Origin: Macrostomum lignano | Taxonomy: Eukaryota | Reading direction: 5' to 3' | NCBI GenBank assembly: GCA_002269645.1 | Contig: NIVC01001194.1 | Span: 275,948-339,947, forward strand | DNA length: 64,000 nt | Part shown: piece after piece, positions 22,613-35,648 of the stretch | Layout: every line of letters begins with the position of its first letter | Numbering within the stretch: the first letter of the stretch is position 1 | Program-made: the position numbers and the translations under genes | The notes under the pieces: generated by a model | Told to the model about the DNA's origin: nothing | The model's input: the letters and a program-made list of their open reading frames with translations, nothing else | Database searches by the model: none

Positions 22613-25600
22613 TTACATCGCGGGAAAATATTCCAAATCTCCACAACCGTCTTCGGCACCATCAAAGTGCGCATCCTCGTCGAAGTCTTCGCATCCGTCT
22701 TCGTCGGTGAGCTCCTCCTCAACCGCGGCACTGTTGGCATCGAGCCAGCGCCGATCGCTACTACCAATATCGTAACAATCTGATTCGGCATCATCCAAAT
22801 CTTCAGCTGCCGCGTCGTCTGATTCAAAATCGAAGGCTGGGCCGGCATCGTCCAGACAGGTCCCTGCTGAGGAGGGGCACAACTCGTCAAAGACAGCGTT
22901 GTCGTCCGATTCAAGAGCAGAGCCGACAGCCAGCAGTGATGGCTGGTGATGCGGCTGGCTAAGAGTCTGGGGCAGACTGGCCGGCCACAGCAGTTGCAGA
23001 GGTCGGTTCAAGTCAGCCAGCTGGATGTCGCCAAAGGGACCGGCTAAAACAGAGAGAATTAACGATTTAGGCTAAAAGTAAGTGCTTTACATATAGTTCT
23101 TGTCATAATCATCGGATAATGGCACACATGGATTATCGGATAATGGCACACATGGATTATCAGATAATGGCACACATGGATTATCAGATAATGACACACA
23201 TGGATTATCAGATGACACATGGATTATCAGATAATGACACATGGATTAACAGATATGACACACATGTATTATCAGATAATGACACACATGTATTATCAGA
23301 TAATGACACATGGATTAACAGATAATGACACATGGATTATCAGATATGACACACATGTTATCAGATAATGACACACATGGATTATCAGATAATGACACAT
23401 GGATTAACAGATAATGACACACATGGATTAACGGATAATGGCACACATGGATTATCGGATAATGGCACACATGGATTATCAGATAATGACACACATGGAT
23501 TATCAGATATGACACACATGTATTATCAGATAATGACACACATGTATTATCAGATAATGACACACATGGATTATCAGATAATGACACACATGGATTATCA
23601 GATAATGACACATGGATTAACGGATAATGGCACACATGGATTATCGGATAATGGCACACATGGATTATCGGATAATGGCACACATGGATTATCAGATAAT
23701 GACACACATGGATTATCAGATAATGACACACATGGATTATCAGATATGACACACATGTATTATCAGATAATGTCACACATGTATTATCAAATAATGACAC
23801 AGAGATTATCAGATGATGACACATGGATTATCAGATAATGACACATGGATTAACAGATAATGACACAGAGATGATCAGATAATGACACACATGGATTATC
23901 AGATAATGACACATGGATTATCAGATAATGACACATGGATTATCAGATAATGACACATGGATTAACAGATAATGACACACATGTATTATCAGATAATGAC
24001 ACATGGATTAACAGATAATGACACACATGGATTATCAGATATGACACATGGATTATCAGATAATGGCACCCGGATGCTCACCAGCTTTCCCCGAGCAGCT
24101 CTGCGCCCCGTTGGCAGTCTGCAGCGGTTCGGTCTGCGGCGCCGGAGAAGCCACTGCGGGCCAGAGCAGCAGGCGGCGCTGAAGATCCAAAGACGCCAAG
24201 GAGGTGCCGCATGGTGACCAAGCGAGACAGGCCACGGTGTCCCGATGCCAACGAATGTCCCACAGCGGCTGCACCGTCCCGGCCGCCAGGTCGAACACTC
24301 GAACGTGTCGATCCTCCCCGGCCACGGCCAGGAGCCGGCCGTCGCTAGGCGAGACGGCAACGCAGTTGACGCAGCCGCGCCAATCCCGGTTGCATAGCAA
24401 CCGAACGCACCTGCCGCTGTTCAAGTCCCACAGACGGACAGTGGAGTCCAGGCCGGCTGTGTACATCAGCGAGCCGCTGGGATGAAAGCCGACTAGATCA
24501 ACGTCGGTCACGTGACCGATGAACTGCCGCAGAGGAGTCTGTCGATCGGTGCACCACAGGACCGCTGTGCGATCCTGCCCGCCCGTGGCAAACATAGAGG
24601 CGTTGTACGGGTGCGTGTCGCAGCACCACACAGGACTGTCGTGACCTCTGCGGGTATGGGGGGTTTACGGGTTGAATATTTTGGCTGGTGAATATTGTAG
24701 ATTGTTAAGATTCTAGTTGGTGAATATTGCAGATTGTGAAGATTCTAGCTAGTGATTATTGTAGATTGTTAAAATTCTAGTTGGTGAATATTGTAGATTG
24801 TTAAGATTCTAGTTGGTGAATATTGCAGATTGTGAAGATTCTAGCTAGTGATTACTGTAGATTGTTAAAATTCTAGTTGGTGAATATTGTAGATTGTTAA
24901 GATTCTAGTTGGTGAATATTGCAGATTGTGAAGATTCTAGCTAGTGATTATTGTAGATTGTTAAAATTCTAGTTGGTGAATATTGTAGATTGTTAAGATT
25001 CTAGTTGGTGAATATTGCAGATTGTGAAGATTCTAGCTAGTGATTATTGTAGATTGTTAAAATTCTAGTTGGTGAATATTGTAGATTGTTAAGATTCTAG
25101 TTGGTGAATATTGTAGATTGTTAAGATTCTAGTTGGTGAATATTGTAGATTGTGAAGATTCTAGTTGGTGAATATTGTAGATTGTTAAGATTCTAGTTGG
25201 TGAATATTGTAGATTGTGAAGATTCTAGTTGGTGAATATTGCAGATTGTTAAGATTCTAGTTGGTGAATATTGTAGATTGTGAAGATTCTAGTTGGTGAA
25301 TATTGTAGATTGTTAAAATTCTAGTTGGTGAATATTCTAGATTGTTAAGATTCTAGTTGGTGAATATTGTAGATTGTTAAGATTCTAGTTGGTGAATATT
25401 GTGTAAGAGCCGAGAATTTAGAGTAAGTTTACGAAGTATATTTTGATGCAAGATAATTTACGAGCGATTAAATAGTCAGCGATGATAGATCGATTAAAGT
25501 GACTCACCCAACTGGGGTGGTGGGCATGTACAGAGAAGAAAGCGAGATGCAAGTACATATACTAATAGAGCAGCCCCCACCCCGACGGCCCAAACCAAAC

Positions 25601-28600
25601 GCAACCGTTCAATTGTATATTGTTTAAGATTCTAGTTGGTGAATATTGTAGATTGTGAATATTCAAGTTGGTGAAGATACTAGTTAGTGAATATTGTATT
25701 TGGTGATGATTTTAGTTTGTGAAGATTCTATTTGGTGAATATTGCAGATTGTGAATATTCAAGTTGGTGAAGATTGTACTTGGTGATGATTTTAGTTTGT
25801 GAAGATTCTAAGCGGTGATTATTGTAGATTTAAGATTCTAGTTGGTGAATATTGTAGATTGTTAAGATTCTAGTTGGTGAATATTGTATATTGTTAAGAT
25901 TCTAGTTGGTGAATATTGTATATTGTTAAGATTCTAGTTGGTGAATATTATATATTGTTAAGATTATAGTTCGTGAATATTGTACATGTAGATTGTAAAT
26001 ATTCAAGTTGGTGAAGATACTAGTTAGTGAATATTGTATTTGGTGATGATTTTAGTTTGTGAAGATTCTATTTGGTGAATATTGCAGATTGTGAATATTC
26101 AAGTTGGTGAAGATTGTACTTGGTGATGATTTTAGTTTGTGAAGATTCTAGTTGGTGAATATTGTAGATTGATAAGACTCTAGTTGGTGAATATTGCAGA
26201 TTGTGAATATTCAAGTTGGTGAAGGTACTAGTTGGTGAAGATTGCACTTGGTGATGATTTTAGTTTGTGAAGACTCTAGTTAGTGAATATTTCAGATGGT
26301 GAATATTCAAGTTGGTGAAGATTCCAGTTGGAGAAGATTCCAGTTGGTGAAGATTCTAGTTGGTGAAGATTCTAAATTGCGACATATTTGTTTAAATATG
26401 GTTTCCAGAGTATCGTTTCTAAGTTCCAGACTCGTGAACATTAAACAGATCTACGTGTATTTAATTAACAAGAATAGGGATGGTCAATGCCCTATATCCC
26501 GGGATAAATTCTGTAAACCACAAAGTTCAGACTATATAAAGTCACACCAGCTATTGCCCAACAGCAACTCACAGGTAAGACACCAAAGGCCACACAGCAT
26601 GTTCTGTGACATGCTCCTCTGGATCCACCAGCAACTCTTCATCCGATTTATCAATCGAAGCCGACACTTTACTGCACCGTTTAATAAAGCGTCGCTTCCG
26701 TCGCTTAAGCCGCAATCTCGAATCGGCGTCCTTGACAACCGGGTCGCCCTCATTGAAACCGGGCAGCCTCCACAGCAGCACCTTGGCATCGTCGCCAGCC
26801 GACACCAGAAACCTGCCCGGCTGCTCTGCACCCGACGCGAATGCCACCGCGTGCGGACAGCCGGAGTGGCCGCGCAAACGCCAGCTAGCGAATGTCGACA
26901 ATGACGACGATGTCGAATCCAGCCGACATTGGTGCACACGGATGGAGCAATCATCGTAGCCGGAAGCGACCAGCAGGTGCTGCTGAAGGACAGCCGAGGA
27001 GCAGCAGGTCAGACCGGCGCCAGCCACGTGCTGCAGGCTGGCTCTCCAGACGGTTGGCAGAACCGCTGAGCTTGTCGTTGTCGACGACAACGTAGTTGTC
27101 GAATTGTTGGAAGCTGACGCGGATGCTGAGACGGATGATGCAGCTGCTAGCAAGTTTGCCAAGTCGGGCAAATCGCGGAGCTCAGCGTCGATTCGTCGAG
27201 CTTTGGCCGTCGCTGCTGATGCCGCCGCTGCCGCGGCTGCTGTCGATGTCGCATTCGACGATATGGCCGCAGACGGCACTGGAGGAGCAGTGGCGGAGCT
27301 GTGCTCAAGTTTGACATCAGCAGGCCGAACCAATCGGAAGGCTCGCCAGGCCAATTCCAGCGATTCAGCCGCTTCGAATGCCCGACTCAGTTCGGCTTCC
27401 TCATCGGGAGTCACCCCGATTGGCGCTACGGCCGAGGCCGGAGGCTGGCACAGCTGATGAAGCTCCGTGCGGCCGCAGGTTCGAACCCATTCGCGTAGGG
27501 CGCCAAGCTGGCGGGCGGCGTGATGCTGAAGAGGCTGGCGGTTTACCGTGGCCAGGTGAGACTCCAGGAATGCTGTGGCTGTACGATGCAGCGGTGAGGA
27601 ATAAAATAGCACTTTGATTGATACTTACAGTAGGAGATTGAGTTTTATTTAACTTGTAGCTATTAATCAGATGGAATTTTTATTTAGATGGGATCTTTTA
27701 GGTTTAGATGGGATGTTTTAAGTTCAGATGGGATCATTTGAGTTTAGATGGGATCCTTTGAGTTCAGATGGGATCATTTGAGTTTAGATGGGATCCTTTG
27801 AGTTCAGATGGGATCTTTTGAGTTTAGATGGGATGTTTTGAGTTCAGATGGGATGTTTTGGGTTTAGATGGGATCATTTGAGTTTAGATGGGATCCTTTG
27901 AGTTCAGATGGGATTCCTTTGAGTTTAGATCGTATCTTTGGAGTTCAGATGGGATGTTTTAAGTTCAGATGGGATGTTTTAAGTTCAGATGGGATCCTTT
28001 GAGTTCAGATGGGATGTTTTAAGTTCGATGGGATCCTTTGAGTTTAGATCGGATCTTTGGAGTTCAGATGGGATGTTTTGAGTTCAGATGGGATCTTATT
28101 GAGTTCAAATGTAATTTTTTTAGAGCTCAAATGGGATCTTTTGAGAGTTCAAATGTGATCTTTTGAGAGTTCAAATGGGATCTTTTGAGAGTTCAAATGG
28201 GATCTTTTGAGTTCAGATGGAATTTTCTAGGGGTTTCAGATGAGGCTTTATGCACTATCTGATATCTATGGTGCCTATTTAGGTAATTAAAAGTACATCG
28301 TTAATAAATAGTCACCTGCAGTCAAATCGCTGTTATGCAACTCGTAATAAGCGTGCAGAAACAGCGGGTAGGCCACGTCCCACAGCTTGGCGGGATTTGA
28401 AAAATGCTGGGTCAGAGCCGAATAAAGTCTGCAACAGGCAAGAGGCTCAAACTATGATTTCTATGAGTTGAAGCATATTTCACCTGAAAATACATTTCAC
28501 ATCCGTCAAAATCTTTCACAAGCTTGAAAAGTCGGCATGTACTCTCTGTGTCTTGGGGGTTCCTCGGCGTGCCACACACAAGCCCCAGGCACTCACCGCT

Positions 28601-28967
28601 GATACTCCATGGCCAGCTCCAGTGGGCTGAGCTGCTCAGCTCGCAGCACCTGTTGCACAGTGCCAGCAGACCGATAGGAAGCGGCAAGCGCAGCCGCTGC
28701 CAAAGCCGCAGCCGAGTGACTGACGGGGACTCCGCCTGCCGCAGCCTGCTGCTGCTGCTGCTGACTGACATCTCCAGAAGTTGCGCCACTGGCATTCGGC
28801 TGCCGATTTCTGCCAGAAGAGCCCGACAATCGGTTGCGCGATTTCGCCGCCTTGTTGGCGACCGGGGCGCCGGCGCTGGCGCCAGCGAAAGCGCCTTCGT
28901 GAGACACCCTGTTGCCGCTTGTCCAATCAAGCAGTGCAGCAACTGGCCAAGAGGCGGCTGATGAAGA
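22613..28967 (-). CDS. TAF5L: TAF5L/TAF5-like WD40 protein; exons 28967-28597 (5' end inferred), 28428-28316, 27578-26573, 24647-24082, 23043-22613
   Basis: All junctions are GT..AG with matching phases (2,1,2,1). NTD2-like segment WDVAYPLFLHAYYEL; WD repeats LVSYLGHDSPVW, FATGGQDRTAVLW, FIGHVTDVDLVGFHP, DSTVRLWD. AVAGEDRHVRVFDLAAG is closer to TAF5L (ASAGEDQRLKLWDLASG) than to TAF5, from my recollection of these families. Confidence 0.8.
23110..24068. repeat. 22-24-bp quasi-palindromic minisatellite (GATAATGACACACATGGATTATCA), intronic
   Basis: Fills TAF5L-like intron 23044-24081. Confidence 0.95.
24690..26370. repeat. 32-bp minisatellite (GATTCTAGTTGGTGAATATTGTAGATTGTTAA), intronic, more degenerate to the right
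   Basis: Fills intron 24648-26572; interrupted at 25402-25611. Confidence 0.95.
25402..25611. mobile_element. Probable solo LTR (210 bp) inserted in the minisatellite
   Basis: TG...CA termini (TGTAAGAG...CCGTTCA) and a 4-bp ATTG duplication on both sides (25398-25401, 25612-25615). Confidence 0.6.
27665..28230. repeat. ~20-21-bp minisatellite (TTTGAGTTCAGATGGGATC), intronic
   Basis: Fills intron 27579-28315. Confidence 0.93.
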
Positions 28968-30049
28968 CTGAAGGAGTCTGGGAATAGTATAACTAGTGAT
29001 TAGGTCACAATGCCAAATGATGATGCAGCTCTAATTAAATGAGTAAATAAGTAGAAGAAATAAAACACTTCTCAAATAAGAACTAATTGCACAGTTAGAG
29101 CTAAGCTTATATTAAGATATATTTTAATTAAACACTGCCAACAATATAAGGTATACGCCGTGTACTAAAAGCAATAAAATTAATTAACACACGTATTTTT
29201 ATTGATAATTTATTACAAAGGAACGCGACAGCAGAAAAGTACACAATATAAGATTAGGCATATACAGTTTTTACAAACTAATTAATTGTACACTGCTAGT
29301 ACAGTAGTAACGATAGAAAAAACGCATTTTGATACACTTACTATACTACTTATATTACGCAATAAGATTTGCACGAATACGGGACACGATTTGAGACAGG
29401 GGAGTTATCATGGTCCCTAGGAACATGACGGCTCTGCACCAGACCAAAGGTGTTTATTAAAAGAGATTCTTTAGAACCACGCAAAATCGTCATCTGATTA
29501 CAATGAGGAACTCAATGCAAACAACTTTTTTTAGAAATTAAATACGTAACCAGATGGTAAACAAAGCAAACGTTTTACCAGGTAAAAAATTTACAGGCAT
29601 ACATAACTTATTAAAGTTGAAACGACACCAACTCCAGTGCAACAGCAAAGCAACCAGAACAAAACAAGAATCCAGTAAAAGAGAAAGGGTCTACAAGAAA
29701 TAAAAAATGTACACAATGTACTTTAAAAATCGTAAAGCGTATGTACTACTCGTAAGCATACTCAAGCGTATTAAAAATGTCAATTCAATTTGCTGAAAAT
29801 CGTTATCGTAAAGTATTTAGGAGCTAATAAAAATTTAATAAAACGATTCATAATGACAGAAAAGACACCAAAAGCTGCATTGCAGATTTTTTAATTTGAA
29901 CAAATTTGAACTGCAAAGTTAGAAGTAATAAAATCTATTGTATGCGAGGTTTACTATTACTCATTAACCAGTGCACCTGATATGCCTGTACTGCAGTTTT
30001 TTGTGATTAGCAATCCATTACAGCATTGGGATTTAGGGAAGCGATTATC

Positions 30050-30430
30050 GGAATAGATTAGGGGAACGGATTAGAGATCTTGATTAGGGGAACGGATTAG
30101 AGACCTGGATTAGGGATTGGATTCGAGATCTGGATTAGGGGATTTGATTAGAGATCAGGATTAGGAAATTAGATTAGATAACTAGATTAGGGATTGGATT
30201 TGAGATCAAGATTAGGAGATAAGATAAGAGATCTGGATTAGGGGAATGGATTAGAGATCTAGATTAGGGGATTGGATTAGAGATCTAGACTAGGGGATTG
30301 GATTAGAGATCTAGACTAGGGGATTGGATTAGAGATCTAGATTAGATTAGATTAGAGATATAGACTAGGGGATTTGATTAGAGATCTAGATTAGGGGAAC
30401 AGATTAGAGATCTAGCTTAGGGATAGGGTT
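30050..30430. repeat. ~25-bp degenerate minisatellite (GGATTAGAGATCTAGATTAGGGG)
   Basis: Direct reading; lies between the zinc-finger stop codon and the TAF5L-like 5' end. Confidence 0.9.
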
Positions 30431-30625
30431 AGAAGGAATCAACACAACCTAAAATGTAGATCAACTAAAGCATTACAGGAAAGATTAGTAATGAAGTGTA
30501 GAACAGCATTAATATTCAGTGGCAAACGGCGAATAATTGGTTTATGTTTTGGTACATAATCCTCTCAACCAAATACAAATACAAGACGCTAAATAATTAT
30601 TCGATCAATCAATTTGATTGATAAG

Positions 30626-32291
30626 TTAATCGTAATATTCTTCAATAGGCTCTGATTTGGTTGGGGCAACAGCGAGGGCGCCAGAGCCGGATGAAGAGGC
30701 GGCAGAGGTGCCCACAGACACCTGCGGATGCAGCACAATCTGGAGCGTGAGCTTCGGCATCTGGCTTTGCTCTTGCTGCTGCTGGGCTGCCGGCTTAGGC
30801 AAAAGCTTCGGCGGCTGTCGGGATCGCTGCTGAGAGGTGGCCGCCTCCTCCTCAGCGGCAGCGGCGGGGCGTTTCAGAGCCGGCTCTTGGGCGGCAGACC
30901 GGACACTCGAGATCGACAGCTTGGAGTTGCGACGCTTGTTGCTGCCGCTGTTGGCCGCAGATGCTGGGCCAGTTCCGCTAGCAGCGACGGCGGCAGCTGC
31001 AGCAGCGCGCACGTGTGTCAGCTGATGCGAAGTCAGACGGCAAGGCCTGGTGAAGGTTTTGCCGCAGGTTGGGCACTGGTGCGGACTGTCGCGGGAATTG
31101 TGCGTGAACATGTGCGTCTTGAGAGTGCTGGACTGGGTGAAGGTGCGGCCGCACTCCCGACAGGTGTAAGGCCGTTCGCCAAGGTGTATCAGCATGTGCT
31201 GCTTCAGGTAACTGGCCTGAGAATGGATGAACAATGATGGGATAAGAGTTTGACAGCTCTGTATTAGAATGAAAACGGTGAAAACGGTACCTAGGGTCAA
31301 GAAGCGTCCTAGAGACTCTTTTTCGTCTATCATGACACAAAAGCCTTAATTTTGTAGGGTGCCCGACACTAACCCAAAACACTTACCGTAATCTAACAAA
31401 AACCCGAACTTGGTCAACTTAATTTGTGGTGGCTTCTTAACTTGAAATTTCCTGGCCTTTTGAATGATTTTCAATGCACATTCTCAAATTAACATTTTAA
31501 TCCATACTTTTCAGCAGTGAAAGGGAGCTAAAATTCAAAACTTGTGCTGTTTGCTGTGAGAATTTAAACTTGGCAGATAAGAAGCTACTGCCACCTACAG
31601 CCCCAGACGTTTCTCTTGCGACTTTTACAGATGCTTATATTACAGGTGAATTTTACCGAATTACGGTCGAATTATAATTCCAAAAATCGCAACAACAGAC
31701 CTGGGAGAACATCTTCCTACAGACGCCGCACTCCAAGTTTCTCTGATCCGAATGGCCAAGCATGTGTCGCAGCAGTGAGGCCCGAGACCCAAATGGTTTT
31801 GAGCAAACCAGACACAGCTGCCGACTATTGCCGCTGGCTAACGCAGCCTCCACCTCTCGCTCTTCATCATAATCGTCATCGTCATCATCATAGTCGTCGT
31901 CTTCTTCGACTTCAGCCTCCGCTCGACGGGCGGCAGCTGCGGCCACGGCGGCAACCGCTTGGCACTCGCTGCCGAGCACGTGCTGCTCAAGTTTGTTGGG
32001 ATCACTGAATGATGAACCGCAGGCTTCGCAGCGATACAAAAGCTGCTGCTGCTGCTGCTGCTGCGCAAGATTATTGCCTCCATCGCACAGCATCTCAACA
32101 GAGCAGTCCAACAGTTCAGACTTGAACGCAGTTGAAGCTCCAGCAGTGAGACCGCGCCCAGGCTTAGCTGACAGAGCACTGGCTTCCTCTAGAGACTTTT
32201 TCTCCTGTTTGATCCTGGCCGACAGCTCTGCGCCCAGCTTTTGCTCACTGGTGCGATTCTGTTTGCTGATTAAACTGAGCGATTCAGCCAT
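30626..32291 (-). CDS. C2H2 zinc-finger protein (393 aa); exons 32291-31701 and 31216-30626
   Basis: CAG|gtctgt ... ttctcag|GCC (phase 0) completes the finger CGVCRKMFSQ-ASYLKQHMLIH. Four canonical C2H2 fingers, a GERPY linker, and one atypical N-terminal finger. Confidence 0.9.
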
Positions 32292-32511
32292 GCCAAATAG
32301 AAGTTAGAAAAACACCTATTTGAGTTTTTGCTTCTCCAACCTAATTTAGTAATTTAGTAAGTAAAACCACTAGGCTGCGGTTTTTTGCTGGCATGCAAGG
32401 TTTTGAAATGAGATAAGTTAAGCATTCAGAGCAAATGGTTAAATGGTAAACTGGAATCAGCCTAGCTAAGTACTAAATAATGTAAAATCACAAATGGTAA
32501 AATTAATAATA

Positions 32512-32786
32512 TGAGGGCTGTCCATAAAGTAGTGTTACTTATCACTATATCTCTTGTTCTGCTGATCCAAATAACATCATTTTGCACACATTTATAGTGG
32601 CAACTCTCTTCTTTATGTTAACTTTCACATCATTAAAAACAGACATTGGAAATAAAAGTTATAAACTAAATGTGTAGCAGGACCTCATAAAGGACCTCAT
32701 AATAACATCATAACAAAATGATGTTATTTGGATCAGCAGAACAAGAGATATAGTGAAAAGTAACACTACTTTTTGGACAGCCCTTG
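32512..32786. mobile_element. Tc1/mariner-type MITE
   Basis: ~75-bp inverted termini (xxAGGGCTGTCCAxAAAGTAGTGTTACTT..) flanked by TA on both sides. Confidence 0.85.
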
Positions 32787-33869
32787 TATCATTGTCTAGC
32801 AAAATATCACTGAAACATGGGGAAATAATTACAAGTGTATAGAAACCTATACAAGTAAAATGCTTGGCCAACCCAAGCTGATCCACCTATATGAAAAGGT
32901 TGCTCATTAGGTAAAATTTCAAAACTTTGCAAAAGGTGATACTGTTAGTTTGGAGTTCAAAATTGGATCTATTTTTCTTCAAAACATTAAATTTAACTGA
33001 ACTATTAAACATAATTTAAACAAAGATTTAGAAGTTTAGAGATTTAGAGGTTTGGAGATTTTAGTATATGGATTTGTCTATAGAAATATGCTGTTGTATT
33101 TTTAAAACTAAAAAAATTATATTTTATATAAAAATTCTATTGCAATATAGATAAATATGTATTAAAGTTAATTTTACAGTCTACACTAAAAAATTTTCAA
33201 TGGCATTACTATTATAGAATATACCAGAATACTTAATCAAACTTTTTGCATAAAAACCAAAAAATATACTCACAACATGCTACTGTTATGATGAAGCAAT
33301 TTGTGAATAGGGTTTAAATGCATTTTTATAGACATTTCCAAATGTTAGTTTAAATTTTCTATAATAAGACATATTACATCATAGTTACCAATAAGGACAA
33401 AAACTTCCTTGTTCTAAAATGCTAGCCTGCCAAGTTTAATTAGGCACCCACCATCTTAGATTTCTTCTATGGCTTCAATATCTAATATATATATTAGATA
33501 TATATTAGGTACTTGTATAACCACAAAAGGTATAGAATACAACATTATCATGGTGGCAGCCACAATTATCCAAAGAGTAATGAGTTGAAGAAATACAAGT
33601 ATGAGAGTATAGGAAGTTGGAAGTAATTATTTGGAAGTAAATAGGCTACCAATTATATACTGATTGTTTGTCTGTCTATCTATCTATCTTTTATTTTTTG
33701 AGAATCATTTAGCTAATTTATTTTTCAAATTTGCTTTAAAAATTGCATTTTTTGCAATCATACAAAAATTTGTTGATGAAAACTTTGAATTAAAATTGGT
33801 AAAATATAAAAAAACTATGTTTTTAGTGCTTTAAATAGGTGCTCAATTTTATTTTTCAATTTAACCATT

Positions 33870-34492
33870 GAGAGGGTCAGTCAAAAAGTAATGATAATTT
33901 GTTTTAATGCCTAAAATATCATAGTTATCAAACTGCAACTGGTTTCATTAGAAAAAAAATCTTTTGATCTTTATTTGACAGAGTTTTGGTTCTTCTAAAG
34001 TGATTGATGTCTGCATGGTGACGCTCTAATCACAGTACACATTTTTTGGCCCTTTTTTCCTTTTTGGCAAAGGAAAATTAAAAAAATCGAAGCTTGCACT
34101 AATGTGAAGTTTCTTGCCTAACTTGGTTAGAAGCCAGCCAAAATCATTGAGGCTTTGAAGAAGGTCTATGGGGACACTGCTCCACCAAATCTGACCATTT
34201 ACTGCTGGATTCAGGCTTTTAAGGAAGGCCGAGAGTCCATGGAAGATGCCCAGTGGTTGGGAAGGCCTACAGCATTGCGCACAGAGGAAAAGGTGGCAGC
34301 TGTGTAGCAGGTACTTGAGCAGGATCGGTGCATGACCATAGACGATATTGCTGACCAAGTGGCCATCTCTCATGGCAGTGCTCACTCCATTGTGATGGAC
34401 TGTCTTGGTCTAAGCAAGCTGAGTGCCCACTGGGTCCCGCGGCTGTTGCGGCCTGAACACCGGGTTCAGCACACTGAGTGTGCCTCATAGCA
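33870..34492 (+). mobile_element. Decayed mariner, 5' half (TIR-like end and N-terminal transposase)
   Basis: GAGGGTCAGTCAAAAAGT end. Translation with stops: IIEALKKVYGD..IYCWIQAFKEGRESMED..GRP..DRCMTIDDIADQVAISHGSAHSIV..LGLSKLSAHWVPRLL (mariner HTH and WVPxxL motif). Confidence 0.85.
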
Positions 34493-34506
34493 AGCCACTA
34501 GTTTAT

Positions 34507-35063
34507 TGTTAGGCGTTGCTCTTTGTCAGCCGTCGCCCTTGCTCTTGCCCCCTCTTTGGGTTGCTGTCTGCCACTGGTCAGCTTCCTGCTTTTAGCTTCC
34601 AGGGTGTTTCCTGGCTATAAATAGGACCCCTCTCCCCCTTGTTTCCATTAAGGAGTCTTTGCTTGAGTCTGTTGTTCCTTGAGTTCTAAGTTCCTAAGCT
34701 CCCAAGACTGAGTGTCAGCCTGTCTGTGTGCATTCAGTTCTCTTCTATTGGTTTGTCTGAGACCCTACTAAAGCAAACCCCAAGCCTACGAGAGGGTAAC
34801 TCAGCCTTCCCTATACCAACCAAGCCCGGCAGGTGTTGCTGATGAGATGCATTGTATGTTGAACTGCAAATCTGCACATTGTGCTGAGTTCATTGACTTG
34901 TTTATTTCATTCTGACAGGAAGCTCACCTCATCACAGGCCGAGACCTGAATGAACTGGTGGCAGCACTACCTATATTACTAAGAGTTAAGAAGGCTTCCA
35001 AGTGAGAAGATGGAGAGCCCAAATCACTGAGCGGGATAGCGAGACAACCCCGAGACAACCACA
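34507..35063 (+). mobile_element. LTR-like segment that truncates the mariner
   Basis: Begins TGTTAGG, has CTATAAATAG, and is GC-richer than its flanks. No target-site duplication could be confirmed; the right end is a guess. Confidence 0.3.
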
Positions 35064-35648
35064 AGTACTTCACCATTTAGGCTTCTTTTTGGCCAATATA
35101 TAGTGTAGAATATAAATTCACAATAAAAGCTAAAAGGTTTTATACCCCATATATGGCAGCCTTTGCAATTTGTGATTTTGATTGAATTTTATAATTTTAT
35201 TATACTAGTCTAATAGAAAATTGATGAAAGAAAGGGAGGTTAAGCTAGCTTAAAATGTGATACATATGGAAAAAACTGCCCTTTTTCATTAATCCCATAA
35301 TCTGCTTTGATCTTGTTTGTGCTAGACCTATTTTTAAACATAGATAAAGTAGCACAATTGCAAATAGGAGCAATAATTAATAGGTTCAATTGATTTAGAT
35401 TTATTTGGCAAATTGGTACAGGCTTATAACATTTATACTAATTAGAAATGGGTCAAATATAGGCCTAGGTGTACAAAAAACTGTTTTTAATATTTTCAAT
35501 ATTTGCATTTTAATGCCTATTATCTAGGGTTTAATATGCTAGTTTTTATTACTATAGTTGCAAGTAAAAATAATCAACTAATTTCTTATAGAGCTTCTTA
35601 GTTCTTATCTTCTTAGTTTATCTTAACAGAACAATTCTTGGCAAAGAT

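Noticed and set aside
19290-26370. CRISPR-like appearance of the 14-, 24- and 32-bp arrays
   Set aside because: Units are head to tail with no unique spacers, there are no cas genes, and the context is eukaryotic intronic DNA.
30050-30430. Interstitial telomeric repeat (TTAGGG); also 47396-47410
   Set aside because: TTAGGG occurs only singly within a longer unit, or as two copies; not a telomeric tract.
30626-32291. Both zinc-finger coding exons are exactly 591 nt
   Set aside because: There is no sequence similarity between the exons; treated as coincidence.
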